Assembly: GCA_002269645.1 (NCBI GenBank)
Contig: NIVC01001822.1
Location: 62,001 to 126,000, forward strand
Origin: Macrostomum lignano
Taxonomy: Eukaryota
Direction of reading: 5' to 3'
DNA length: 64,000 bases
Part shown: in pieces, positions 1-11,930 of the stretch
Position numbering within the stretch: the stretch's first letter is position 1
Layout of the letters: each line of letters opens with the position of its first letter
The notes under the pieces: model-generated
What the model was told of the DNA's origin: nothing
Seen by the model: the letters and a program-made list of their open reading frames with translations, nothing else
The model's database searches: none
Made by a program: the position numbers and the translations under genes

Positions 1-68
1 CTGTGCACTTTTAACGAATCAATTAATTGTAAATTTCTCACCCCTCCATTAATTCCTAACTCCCGCAG

Positions 69-823
69 GCAACGGCTGGAGTTCAGTAGGAATTGTCCAT
101 CCCAGAGTTGTGTGGTGCCTGGAACAGCTGGGATTCTGCAGCGGCTACTCCCCCATCTACCTGATCCACCGCTGGGCGCAGCTGCGCAAGCAGGAGTCTT
201 CGCCAAACGCCAGCGGCTGCGCCCGCTCAGAGCCGTTCAAGGCAGCCAGTAGGCCGGAGGCCTCAGCGGGCAACTCGCAGTTGAAGCGCACCTTCAGCTT
301 CCTGCTGAGCTCAGCCCGCAGGCCCGTGACGACAGTTGAGCAGCAGTGCAGCGAGGAGGCTGCGGTGGCCACAGTTCGCAACCAGATTCGTGTGGCCCGC
401 AGTGAGCATTGGCAGTGCAGAGTCCAGGTGCTACCATCCAGTATCCATGGCCTGGGCCTGTTCGCTGTGCGGCCGTTTGCGAAGGCCGAGTTCATAGTTG
501 AGTACACTGGAGAGCTCATCAGAGCCAGCCTGTCTGAGGCCAAGGAGAAATTCTACCAGAGCCGCAACATTGACTGCTACCTGTTCAAGGTGAACTGGCA
601 GTGGGTGATTGACGCCAGCATGAAGGGTGGCCCAGCGCGCTTCATCAACCACAGCTGCTCACCAAACTGCGTGACTCGAGTCATGGACCAGCGAATTCTG
701 ATAGTTGCTGGGCGGGACATCGCGGCTGGAGAGGAGCTGACGTACGATTACCGGTTTGATAAGGAGGAGGACAAGGTGGCCTGTCACTGCGGGTCCGTGA
801 GCTGCAGGAAGTTCCTCAACTGA
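69..823 (+). CDS. Terminal exon of a KMT2 (MLL/Trithorax/Trr-type) histone H3K4 methyltransferase: end of FYRC-like region, WIN motif, SET and post-SET domains
   Basis: Acceptor cctaac...cccgcag| ends at 68 and the frame is open from 69. WIN motif GCARSEP; SET motifs SSIHGLGLF, GGPARFINHSCSPNC and EELTYDY; post-SET CHCGSVSCRKFLN*. Features are mixed between KMT2A/B and KMT2C/D, so no symbol is given. Upstream exons lie outside the window. Confidence 0.93.
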
Positions 824-1920
824 TTGAGTAGCTTTTGAGCTGACTGGGGTATTTTGGTTGAGTAGGATGGAGTGACTCAGCTGAGTGAGTAGCTTTTGAG
901 TAGACTGGGGTGTTTTGGTTGAGTAGGATTGAGTGACTCAGCTGAGTGAGTAGCTTTTGAGCTGACTAGAGTGTTTTGGTTGAGTGACTCAGCTGAGTGA
1001 GTAGCTTTTGAGCTGACTGGGGTGTTTTGGTTGAGTAGGATTGAGTGACTCAGCTGAGTGAGTAGCTTTTGAGCTGACTGGGGTGTTTTGGTTGAGTAGG
1101 ATTGAGTGACTCAGCTGAGTGAGTAGCTTTTGAGCTGACTGGGGTGTTTCGGTTGAGTAGGATTGAGTGACTCAGCTGAGTGAGTAGCTTTTGAGCTGAC
1201 TGGGGTGTTTCGGTTGAGTAGGATTGAGTGACTCAGCTGAGTGAGTAGCTTTTGAGCTGACTGGGGTGTTTCGGTTGAGTAGGATTGAGTGACTCAGCTG
1301 AGTGAGTAGCTTTTGAGCTGACTGGGGTGTTTCGGTTGAGTAGGATTGAGTGACTCAGCTGAGTGAGTAGCTTTTGAGCTGACTGGGGTGTTTCGGTTGA
1401 GTAGGATTGAGTGACTCAGCTGAGTGAGTAGCTTTTGAGCTGACTGGGGTGTTTCGGTTGAGTAGGATTGAGTGACTCAGCTGAGTGAGTAGCTTTTGAG
1501 CTGACTGGGGTGTTTCGGTTGAGTAGAACTGAGTGACTCAGCTGAGTGAGTAGCTTTTGAGCTGACTGGGTATTTCGGTTGAGTAGGATTGAGTGACTCA
1601 GCTGATTGAGTAGCTTTTGAGCTGACTGGGGTGTTTTGGTTGAGTAGGATTGAGTGACTCAGCTGATTGAGTAGCTTTTGAGCTGACTGGGTGTTTCGGT
1701 TGAGTAGGATTGAGTGACTCAGCTGAGTGAGTAGCTTTTGAGCTGACTGGGGTGTTTTGGTTGAGTAGGATTGAGTGACTCAGCTGAGTGAGTAGCTTTT
1801 GAGCTGACTGGGTATTTCGGTTGAGTAGGATTGAGTGACTCAGCTGAGTGAGTAGCTTTTGAGCTGACTGGGTATTTCGGTTGAGTAGGATTGAGTGGCT
1901 CAGCTGAGTGAGTAGTAGTT
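815..1920. repeat. 61-bp minisatellite, ~18 copies, starting at the SET stop codon
   Basis: Unit gagtagcttttgagctgactggggtgtttcggttgagtaggattgagtgactcagctgagt; period 61 (ggggtg at 1141 and 1202). Confidence 0.95.
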
Positions 1921-2877
1921 TTGGTTGTTTTTGGTTGAGTAGGGCTTAATGACTCAGCTGGATGGTGTGTTTTGAACTAATAATTTATTTACGCAATTCA
2001 TTCCACAGACGTTGATGTACTTTGCTTACCGAAATACTCGTAATTAATTAGCTGCAAATTTTTATTAACCTTGGCAATTTTCAATTTTACCGATCACACT
2101 CGTTTAATTATACAAATTGCATCTTTTATAACTCTCTGACTTGTATTTTCTACACTTTTATGACTAGTTAATTATAGTTTTATTGTTTTGTTTAACGTCT
2201 GTTTTCATTAAATATCTAATTCACGTTAGCTCGCTAGCAAGTTATAACAAAACATCATTCGTCCAATTTTTTTCAAAACTGTGCATTCCAGCTTCGCTGC
2301 TGATCTTCGTTTTCCCGTCCTGAAATTTCATTCGCCTTGGCGTCATAACAAAACTGCTTAATATTTCTGCTAAACCGTCCGAAAACTCATTTTTACTGTC
2401 TTTTTATTTGCCGTCAAAGACCCCTGTTTGGCTGTTAATTTTATTACTGTAGATATTTGAATCGTTTAGGAGAATCACGTGCTTTAATTATTAATGCTAA
2501 TTATTAATTTATTCTACAATTTGCATGCCGCCTTTACAAAAGCAAAAAATTTACAATTTTTATGTAGTTGATAATGTAAAACCTACAGTGTATACAATAT
2601 TAAAATACAAAAAAATTGCTACTAAACTATAGCTATTATTGAATTTTATTCCTGCACCAATGAAATCCTGCTTATCCTACTTTCTTTGAGTAGAGTGTTT
2701 TGCGTTGTTTTTACTTTTTACATGAAACTACGATAGATAGAAGAACAACAATATATCTAGTTATTGCTGCTCATTCCGCCGACTCCCCTGAGCAGGCACA
2801 CACGCACGTGGATACGTACGCAGTCATACGCAGAGGAGTGTACAGCTGCCCTAACTTTATTAATCGTTAGGCATGTA

Positions 2878-4421
2878 CCGTGGCGCACAATGAATTAAGA
2901 CCACCAAGTAAAATTATTTTATCTTTGCCATACTGGTCTTTAAGGTAAATTCAAGTACTAAATTGGAAGTAATGCTTGTAGAAATATTATTTTTTGTTAT
3001 TTGTATAGTATTTTTGTTTTTTGTTCAATTTCCAGCAGGTTTAACTTCAAAAGGCTGATCTTTGAATGGGAAGACAGTTTTAGGTTTAACATTGAAATAA
3101 GAGCCATTATAAGACCATAAATAAATTACTAGGGAAATAATTGTAAAGCAAACGTCACTGATACCAAACTATCTACTCTAATACTTTGTAGCATATCTTC
3201 TTGACTTAATCACAGCACTGCACCGCCTAGGCATGCTGTCCACCAGCTTCTGGCACACTTCTGCCGGGATGGCAGTCCACGAGTCCTCAATGACACGGTA
3301 CAGCTGACCAAGGGAAGCTGGCTGCTGCCTCTGGATGTCCCGCTCGACCACAGATTCTCAATCGGATTGAGGTCTGGTGACTGCGCTGGCCAGTCCATGG
3401 TGTGGATGTTGTTATCAGCAACCCATGCCTTCACAAGCTTGGAGGTGTGCTTGGTATCGTTGTTCTGCCGAAACTGCCAGCTGTGCATTGGACTCACTGG
3501 CGGCGCATCTGCTGCCTCTGGTAGGTGGCAGCTGCGGATGTCAAGGTACTTCTGACTGTCCATGACGCCCACAATGCGAGTTATTGGCCCAGGTCCAGCT
3601 CTGGAGAATACTGCAGCCAACACCATGACATTGCCACCTCCATGCTTCATGGTACCAATGGTGCACCTGTGATACTCTGCTATATTTGCTCTCATGACTC
3701 CAGTTGGTCTCGGCCCAGTCCTGGGGTGCCCAGCTTGCATGCTGCTTCGCGCCACTTCCGGTTTTTGTCGGAGATAAATGGCTTCTTCCTAGCAATGCGG
3801 CCATGTAGTCCGGCAGCTATCAAACGGTGGCGGACAGTCATGGGGTGCAGCTGGACACCACTGGACACTGCAAAAGTTCACGGCTGATGTCCACAGCGGT
3901 GAGCCGACGGTTGGACTCGGGCATTCGCACAATGCGGCGATCCAGTCGGTGGTCAGTTTTCGGTGCCCTGACAAGTCTTGGGGCACAGTCTGTGCTGCCA
4001 CTGCTTTGGCACGCTGGGAAATTCCTTGGTCGAACAGCGCCTTGATTTTCCTACACGACTCAGGCGATGGAGCTCTGCCTCTCCCTATTCTAGAAGAGTT
4101 CGAGATAACTTTTTGCTTGGAGTAGTATTGAATTATATGTTTTGGACAATCAGAATCAGCAGGGACACTTTTATAGCACCTTATAGACCAAGTAATTAAG
4201 TGGTCTTATTACTGTGTGACTCATCGAATTCGAAAGTCAGACAAGGGACTCCAATTATGCACACTCAATCGCGTGTAATTACCCAACACATTACTAATTT
4301 AATTGATTGATACCACAGTTTTCTATATCTGATTAGATCAGAATGCTCCCGCAATCTGTGTAGGTTATGAAGTTAAAAGTTCGATTTGTGTTAGTTGGTC
4401 TTAATTCATTGTGCGCCACTG
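2878..4421 (-). mobile_element. Tc1-family (DD34E) DNA transposon, full length but inactive
   Basis: 26-bp TIRs with 1 mismatch: CCGTGGCGCACAATGAATTAAGACCA (2878-2903) and the reverse complement of 4396-4421. TA target duplication at 2876-2877 and 4422-4423. Confidence 0.93.
3190..4088 (-). pseudogene. Frameshifted Tc1 transposase
   Basis: Fragments in several frames: IGRGR..., RKKPFISDKNR, WSHESK (expected WSDESK), TMKHGGGNVMV, FRQNNDTKH (expected FQQDNDPKH), WPAQSPDLNPIENLW. 34 residues separate the second Asp position from Glu. Both catalytic Asp are substituted. Ends are approximate. Confidence 0.9.
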
Positions 4422-4519
4422 TACACTTCACTGTGCCTTGGGGGTTGGCCCTCAAGGCCGATACTTTCACGAGCAGAGCCAAGCCGATATTCCAATTTAG
4501 CCCCAAATTAATGCGACTG

Positions 4520-4585
4520 CAATTGGAGTCGAGCATGGGCGGCTGGCACATCAGCGTCGTCCCAGACCACTGGGCTACAGACCCC
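4520..4585 (-). other. Possible degenerate tRNA-derived (Pol III) SINE head
   Basis: Minus strand GGGGTCTG-TAGCCCAGTGG (A-box-like), then 32 nt, then GCTCGACTCC (B-box-like, imperfect). A CCC/GGG D-arm is possible. The T-stem and acceptor stem do not pair. Confidence 0.35.
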
Positions 4586-5162
4586 TTATTTGCACAATAA
4601 ATATCGATTAAAATTTCATATATTTTTTATTTTTTATCTCTTTTTTCTGTTGCGAATACTTATAGATATATTCATGCGACGCTACTTGCAGTAGTTCACT
4701 GTTACTGTTATAGGTTCTTAGTGAAATTAAAATTGTGCTCTTTATATCAACTTGTTTGTACGAGTATATACTCGTATATACAGTGTACTCGAGTAGTAGA
4801 TAATCCGTTAAGAAATTGAAACGAACACTGCAATTTCCTAATTTCCTTTAATGTGAAGAACTCCTGTTTGATTTATTAAAATCCAATGCAAAATTTTACT
4901 AATACGAGATAAAGAAGTTGTCAGTAAAACGCATTTACATATTGTGCATGACCGACGTACGTACGATGCCATGCCATACCCATGTGCATGTACACGTACG
5001 AATGTGCAATATATCAATTAGTTAAACACCTAATAAAAAAAGAAAACACAAAAGAATTGTTTCAGGGGCTAAAAAATTCATGCCAGTCGAAAATCTGCAA
5101 TAGCTCCAAGACGAATCGAGCTCAGATTTTTTTGACGTTGTAATTGATCCTCCCGATGAAGT

Positions 5163-5248
5163 TTAAGCGCACTGCCTGAAGTGAATAGCGCAGCGTCTGG
5201 AACAGCACTGGCGATGATAGGTGCAATAGACTCCGCTCCTGTAACACC
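5163..5248 (-). CDS. Exon 2 of a secreted inhibitor-cystine-knot (conotoxin-like) peptide; mature region CYRSGVYCTYHRQCCSRRCAIHFRQCA*
   Basis: Acceptor caccatccgcag| ends at 5249; phase 1 matches exon 1. Cys framework C-x6-C-x5-CC-x3-C-x6-C; stop TAA at 5165-5163. Confidence 0.85.
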
Positions 5249-5279
5249 CTGCGGATGGTGAAATATTATAGTTAATATC

Positions 5280-6445
5280 AGATAACTCTCAGGTGTCTCT
5301 CTCAGCAGGTGTGTCTCAGATAACTCTCTCAGCAGGTGTGTCTCAGATAACTCTCTCATGTGTGTCTCAGATAACTCTCTCAGGTGTGTCTCAGATAACT
5401 CTCTCAGGTGTGTCTCAGATAACTCTCTCAGGTGTGTCTCAGATAACTCTCTCAGGTGTGTCTCAGATAACTCTCTCAGGTGTGTCTCTGATAACTCTCT
5501 CAGGTGTGTCTCAGATAACTCTCTCAGGTGTGTCTCTGATAACTCTCTCAGGTGTGTCTCAGATAACTCTCTCAAGTGTGTCTCAGATAACTCTCTCATG
5601 TGTGTCTCAGATAACTCTCTCAGGTGTGTCTCAGATAACTCTCTCAGGTGTGTCTCTGATAACTCTCTCAGGTGTGTCTCAGATAACTCTCTCAGGTGTG
5701 TCTCTGATAACTCTCTCAGGTGTGTCTCAGATAACTCTCTCAGGTGTGTCTCAGATAACTCTCTCAGGTGTGTCTCAGATAACTCTCTCAGGTGTGTCTC
5801 AGATAACTCTCTCATGTGTGTCTCAGATAACTCGCTCAGGTGTGTCTCAGATAACTCAGGTGTGTCTCAGATAGCTCTCATGTGTGTCTCAGATAACTCT
5901 CTCATGTGTGTCTCAGATAACTCTCTCAAGTGTGTCTCAGATAACTCTCTCATGTGTGTCTCAGATAACTCTCTCAGGTGTGTCTCAGATAACTCTCTCA
6001 GGTGTGTCTCTGATAACTCTCTCAGGTGTGTCTCAGATAACTCTCTCAGGTGTGTCTCAGATAACTCTCTCAGGTGTGTCTCAGATAACTCTCAGGTGTG
6101 TCTCAGATAACTCTCTCAGGTGTGTCTCTGATAACTCTCTCAGGTGTGTCTCAGATAACTCTCTCAGGTGTGTCTCAGATAACTCTCTCAGGTGTGTCTC
6201 AGATAACTCTCTCATGTGTGTCTCAGATAACTCTCTCAGGTGTGTCTCAGATAACTCTCTCAGGTGTGTCTCAGATAACTCTCTCAGGTGTGTCTCAGAT
6301 AACTCTCCCAGGTGTGTCTCAGATAACTCTCTCAGGTGTGTCTCAGATTAGTCACCAGGTGTCTCTGAGCTAACCCTCAGGTATCTCTCAGATAACCCTC
6401 AGGTGTCTTCCAGATAACCCTCAGGTGTCTCTCAGATAACCTTCA
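5280..6445. repeat. 24-bp minisatellite filling the knottin-gene intron
   Basis: Unit gataactctctcaggtgtgtctca, >40 copies. Confidence 0.95.
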
Positions 6446-6483
6446 GTTGTCTAGTAGATAAACCTCAAATCCAACGCACTTAC

Positions 6484-6583
6484 CTTCAACCAGGTCAGGC
6501 ACAGTAGACAGCAGCATTGCTACCAGAAGCAGAGCAAACCCAAAATACTGAACAATAATTATTGTACAGGTGGACGCTTGCAT
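6484..6583 (-). CDS. Exon 1 (signal peptide) of the cystine-knot peptide: MQASTCTIIIVQYFGFALLLVAMLLSTVPDLVE-G
   Basis: ATG at 6583-6581 in an accATG context; hydrophobic core FGFALLLVAMLL; canonical donor GAAG|GTAAGT at 6483; phase 1. Confidence 0.85.
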
Positions 6584-7099
6584 GGTCACCAAAGTTACAA
6601 AAGACTGTTGTAGCAGTTTTAGACATAAATCAAAGCAAACCTTTAGCGCGAACTGAACTCCTAATCTCTAACATGCTCCCAAATTTATAGGCAATTTTCA
6701 GTCCTACAAGCTGAAGCCACCTGTCTAAATGGAAGATTTCCGCGGATAAATTTTCCAAGAGTTTTATTGTCTCCCATTGTAGAACTCGCTAAAGTTAGGC
6801 TAGAAAAGTGGGTTGCAAAATGTGAAAGATTTAATTGACTAAGTTTTGCTAACCTATTGCTGTTACTCGCCAAGAGTCACGTGATTTCTAGCTAGTATGT
6901 ACATGCAATTATGCAACACTCGAATGAAAAAATTACCTCTTAAGTTTAGAGGGCAGAAAACGTTCTCTGTGAAAGTCAATTTGACCTTGATAACACATTA
7001 GAGAATGCTAATAGTTGGTTTGTTTCAGGAAATGTCTTTTTGTCTAATTATTCTATTAAGTAACTCACTGTCCGACACAGAAGCACCCGAAGGGCTCTT

Positions 7100-8113
7100 A
7101 GAGTGACTCTCAGATGCCAGAGTGACTCTCAGATACCAGAGTGACTCTCTCCTCGATACTAGAGTGACTCTCTCCTAGATACCTGAGTAACTCTCTTCTA
7201 GATACCAGAGTGACTCTTCTAGATACCAGAGTGACTCTCTCCTAGATACCTGAGTGACTCTCTCCTAGATACCAGAGTGACTCTCCTAGATACCTGAGTA
7301 ACTCTCTTCTAGATACCAGATTGACTCTCTCCTAGATACCAGAGTGACTCTTCTAGATACCAGAGTGACTCTCTCCTAGATACCAGAGTGACTCTCTCCT
7401 AGATACCAAAGTGACTCTCTCCTAGATACCAGAGTGACTCTTCTAGATACCAGAGTGACTCTCTCCTAGATACCAGAGTGACTCTCTCCTAGATACCAGA
7501 GTGACTCTTCTAGATACCAGAGTGACTCTCTCCTAGATACCAGAGTGACTCTCTCCTAGATACCAGAGTGACTCTCTCCTAGATACCAGAGTGACTCTCT
7601 TAGATACCAGAGTGACTCTCTCCTAGATACCAAAGTGACTCTCTCCTAGATACCAGAGTGACTCTCTCCTAGATACCAGAGTGACTCTCTCCTAGATACC
7701 AGAGTGACTCTTCTAGATACCAGAGTGACTCTCTCCTAGATACCAGAGTGACTCTCTCCTAGATACCAAAGTGACTCTCTCCTAGATACCAGAGTGACTC
7801 TCTTAGATACCAGAGTGACTCTCTCCTAGATACCAGAGTGACTCTCTCTTAGATACCAGAGTGACTCTCTCCTAGATACCAGAGTGACTCTCCTAGATAC
7901 CAAAGTGACTCTCTCCTAGATACCAGAGTGACTCTTCTAGATACCAGAGTGACTCTCTCCTAGATACCAGAGTGACTCTCTCCTAGATACCAGAGTGACT
8001 CTCTCCTAGATACCAGAGTGACTCTCTCCTAGATACCAGAGTGACTCTCTCCTAGATACCAGAGTGACTCTCTCCTAGATACCAGAGTGACTCTTTCCTA
8101 GATACCAGAGTGA
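7100..8113. repeat. 23-bp minisatellite
   Basis: Unit gagtgactctctcctagatacca with 19-22 bp deletion variants. Confidence 0.95.
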
Positions 8114-8427
8114 TATTCACATAGGGTGTCGTCTCAGCTTCATTAACCGATAAAGGTGACAAACAGGTGACTCAGAATACAGTTTACAACTTGCTGCTAC
8201 AAAGAGACGGTGCTTGGCTTCTACTCGATATCGTCGTTCGACCTCTATTTGCACCCTGGCGCAATTCAAATGCCTAGGTCCAATCCTATGGCTTTATTTC
8301 ATTTTCCAGCTTTTCAGGAAATGTTTTTACATGTAAAGTGGAAAATATTTTTGTTCTTGCTGGAGATTGCTCAACTGAAGTATTGAATCTAATGACAACC
8401 AACTATTGCTCTATACATGTATAAAGG

Positions 8428-9822
8428 AAGACACCTGCAGTTAAGCACTCTACAGACACCTGCAGTTAAGCACTCTACAGACACCTGCAGTTAAGCACTC
8501 TACAGACACCTGCAGTTAAGCACTCTACAGACACCTGCAGTTAAGCACTCTACAGACACCTGCAGTTAAGCACTCTACAGACACCTGCAGTTAAGCACTC
8601 TACAGACACCTGCAGTTAAGCACTCTACAGACACCTGCAGTTAAGCACTCTACAGACACATGCAGTTAAACACTCTACAGACACCTGCAGTTGAGCACTC
8701 TACAGACACATGCAGTTAAACACTCTACAGACACCTGCAGTTAAACACTCTACAGACACATGCAGTTAAACACTCTACAGACACCTGCAGTTAAGCACTC
8801 TACAGACACCTGCAGTTAAGCACTCTACAGACACCTGCAGTTAAGCACTCTACAGACACCTGCAGTTAAGCACTCTACAGACACCTGCAGTTAAGCACTC
8901 TACAGACACCTGTAGTTAAGCACTCTACAGACACCTGCAGTTGAGCACTCTACAGACACCTGCAGTTAAACACTCTACAGACACCTGCAGTTAAGCACTC
9001 TACGGACTCTTTGTAGATAAGCACTCTGACAGGCAGTTAAGCACTCTACAGACACCTGCAGTTAAGCACTCTACAGACACCTGCAGTTAAGCACTCTACA
9101 GACACCTGCAGTTAAACACTCTACAGACACTTGCAGTTAAGCACTCTACAGACACATGCAGTTAAGCACTCTACAGACACTTGCAGTTAAACACTCTACA
9201 GACACTTGCAGTTAAGCACTCTACAGACACATGCAGTTAAGCACTCTACAGACACCTGCAGTTAAACTCTACAGACACCTGCAGTTAAGCACTCTACAGA
9301 CACCTGCAGTTAAGCACTCTACAGACACCTGCAGTTAAACACTCTACAGACACCTGCAGTTAAGCACTCTACGGACTCTTTGTAGATAAGCACTCTGACA
9401 GGCAGTTAAGCACTCTACAGACACCTGTAGTTAAGCACTCTACAGACACCTGCAGTTAAACACTCTACAGACACCTGCAGTTAAGCACTCTACAGACACC
9501 TGCAGTTAAGCACTCTACAGACACCTGTAGTTAAGCACTCTACAGACACCTGCAGTTGAGCACTCTACAGACACCTGCAGTTAAACACTCTACAGACACC
9601 TGCAGTTAAGCACTCTACGGACTCTTTGTAGATAAGCACTCTGACAGGCAGTTAAGCACTCTACAGACACCTGTAGTTAAGCACTCTACAGACACCTGCA
9701 GTTAAACACTCTACAGACACCTGCAGTTAAGCACTCTACAGACACCTGCAGTTAAGCACTCTACAGACACCTGTAGTTAAGTACTCTACAGACACCTGCA
9801 GTTAAACACTGTACAGACACTG
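8428..9822. repeat. 25-bp minisatellite
   Basis: Unit acacctgcagttaagcactctacag. A variant block ggactctttgtagataagcactctgacagg recurs near 9004, 9373 and 9619. Confidence 0.95.
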
Positions 9823-11449
9823 CACAGTTGAAATATACTTTTTCAGTGATGGCAAATTAGACTTTCGATTTAATAGATTTTTAGATTTCGCGAGTTAGTT
9901 CGTAGTATCAATATTTGAAAATTCAATAAGCACTTTGTTTGAAAGCAAAGCGATTGCATTAAAGTAAATAACTAATACACTGCAGGTTTCGTCAATTGCG
10001 AAGCCTCCATTTAAAAGGCTTCTGCAAAAGAGTAAATATTTGCGAAATCCCAGTTTTATTAAATTAAATTTTCAAACTGTGCTTTTTGTCAGGTTTCACC
10101 TAGATAAGTATGGGATCTATAATTAGGGATTAATACCTGGATAAGCGGGATCTATAATTAGAGATTAGAGACAGCTATCTATGAGTGCATTGTATGTTTT
10201 TTTACAGATTTTTAACAAAAATGCTTTTTAGATGCAAATTATACTACTAGACTTAATAAAGTAGTAACACGCAGGTCATTCATCAACCAGCGGCTTCATG
10301 AAAAAAATGAATAAAGAAAGTCTATCAAAACAGCAGTCTCCTTTGTTTTTTTTGGGGGGGGGGGGTCAACAGCGCTAGCAGCACGTGACGGCGCGGCGCA
10401 GTTCCAAGCCAACGACGGCGCTTAGTTTTTGAAAGCCACACCCTAGTAGACGCTGACGTAGAACTTTTTAGTGTATTTTTTTCTTCTGAAAGCCGAACAA
10501 CTGGGACACACAAAAAGATGACTAACTGTGTCAACTTCAAATAGAAGCATGGAGGCTTACAAATTTGACAAATTCTAAGAAACACACACAGAGCAAAGAT
10601 TTCGACACTAATACGCAGCAAGTTAATCAATTTTATTGCCTGTATAAAGAGAGAACCAACCAAGCGTATAAGCCACTCATTAAATTGGCGAAAAAGCAAA
10701 AGAAAAAATATATATTAAATTGAAAAAATACAATATTATTAATAAATTGCTTTCCACTTTGTTGATAAAAAAGCGGAGACAAATCGAATAAAGAGTTTTA
10801 AAAATGAAAAAATATTATTTTGTTATTGTCAAACTGAAAGCAAAAAGACGACATTGGATCCAAAAAAGTACATAGAATACTTTTTACTTCAAAAAATGAT
10901 TTTTGCTTAATAAAAATTTGAAAAAAACCGGGGCTTACAAAAATGTTGATAAACAAATTGACAAAATTGTAGCAACTGATCCAGACTGAACAAAACAAAA
11001 TCATTCACGGACGTCAATGGGATAAGGGGAGAAATAACTGGAGAGAAACCAACTCATTGGAAATTGCTGAGTGAAAGCAGAAACGGCCAACGTAAGAAGG
11101 GGCTTGAAAACAATTCTAAGAAACGACTTGATAACGATTCCAAGTCAGGGTTGTGAAACAATTGCAAAAAATTTGTAAGGATTCTAAGAAACAATTTGGC
11201 AAACTTTCTAAGAAAGATTCTGAGAAAGGTTGAGAACAATTCTACGAAGAGACATATTGATAATTCTAAGAAAGAAGCTGAGAGAAAATTCTAAGAAACA
11301 ATCCGATTACGATTCCAAGAACAGACTGGTGGGTGATTCTAAAATTTGGACTCGGAAAGATTCAAAATAAGAGTTGGGAAACGATTATATTTAAAACTTG
11401 GTAACGGTTTTAAGAAAAAAATTGGTAAATATTTTAATAAAGGACTTGG

Positions 11450-11930
11450 AAACGATTCTAAGAAACCTCTTGGTACGATTCTAAGAAACTCTTGGTACGA
11501 TTCTAAGAAACTCTTGGTACGATTATAAGAAACTCTTGGTACGATTATAAGAAACTCTTGGTACGGTTTTAAGAAACTCTTGGTACGATTCTAAGAAACT
11601 CTTGGTACGATTCTAAGAAAAAAAATCGGTAAATATTCTAAGAACTCACTTGGAAACGATTCTAAGAGCCGGCCTGTGAAAGATTCTAAAACAGGGGATA
11701 TTGATGATTCTAAGAAACTTTTGGTACGATTCTAAGAAAACTCTTGGTACGATTCTAAGAAAAAAATCGGTAAATATTTTAAGAACTCACTTGGAAACGA
11801 TTCTAAGAGCCGGCCTGTGAAAGATTCTAAAACAAGGGTTATTGATGATTCTAAGAAACCTCTTGGTACGATTCTAAGAAACGGCTTGGTTACGATTCTA
11901 GGAAACGGCTTGGGAGAGATTCTAAGAAAC
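11450..11930. repeat. 22-bp degenerate tandem repeat with a ~140-bp higher-order duplication
   Basis: Unit tacgattctaagaaactcttgg; segment ~11600-11740 is repeated at ~11745-11880. Confidence 0.85.

Noticed and set aside
5078-6373. Long ORFs made of RELSETHL / SQITLSGV / CVSDNSLR repeats
   Set aside because: Translations of the 24-bp intronic minisatellite. The unique tail of ORF 5078-5815 is the wrong frame of the knottin exon.
7100-9822. Regular 23-25-bp repeats resembling CRISPR arrays
   Set aside because: Head-to-tail units with no unique spacers, no cas genes, and a eukaryotic context.
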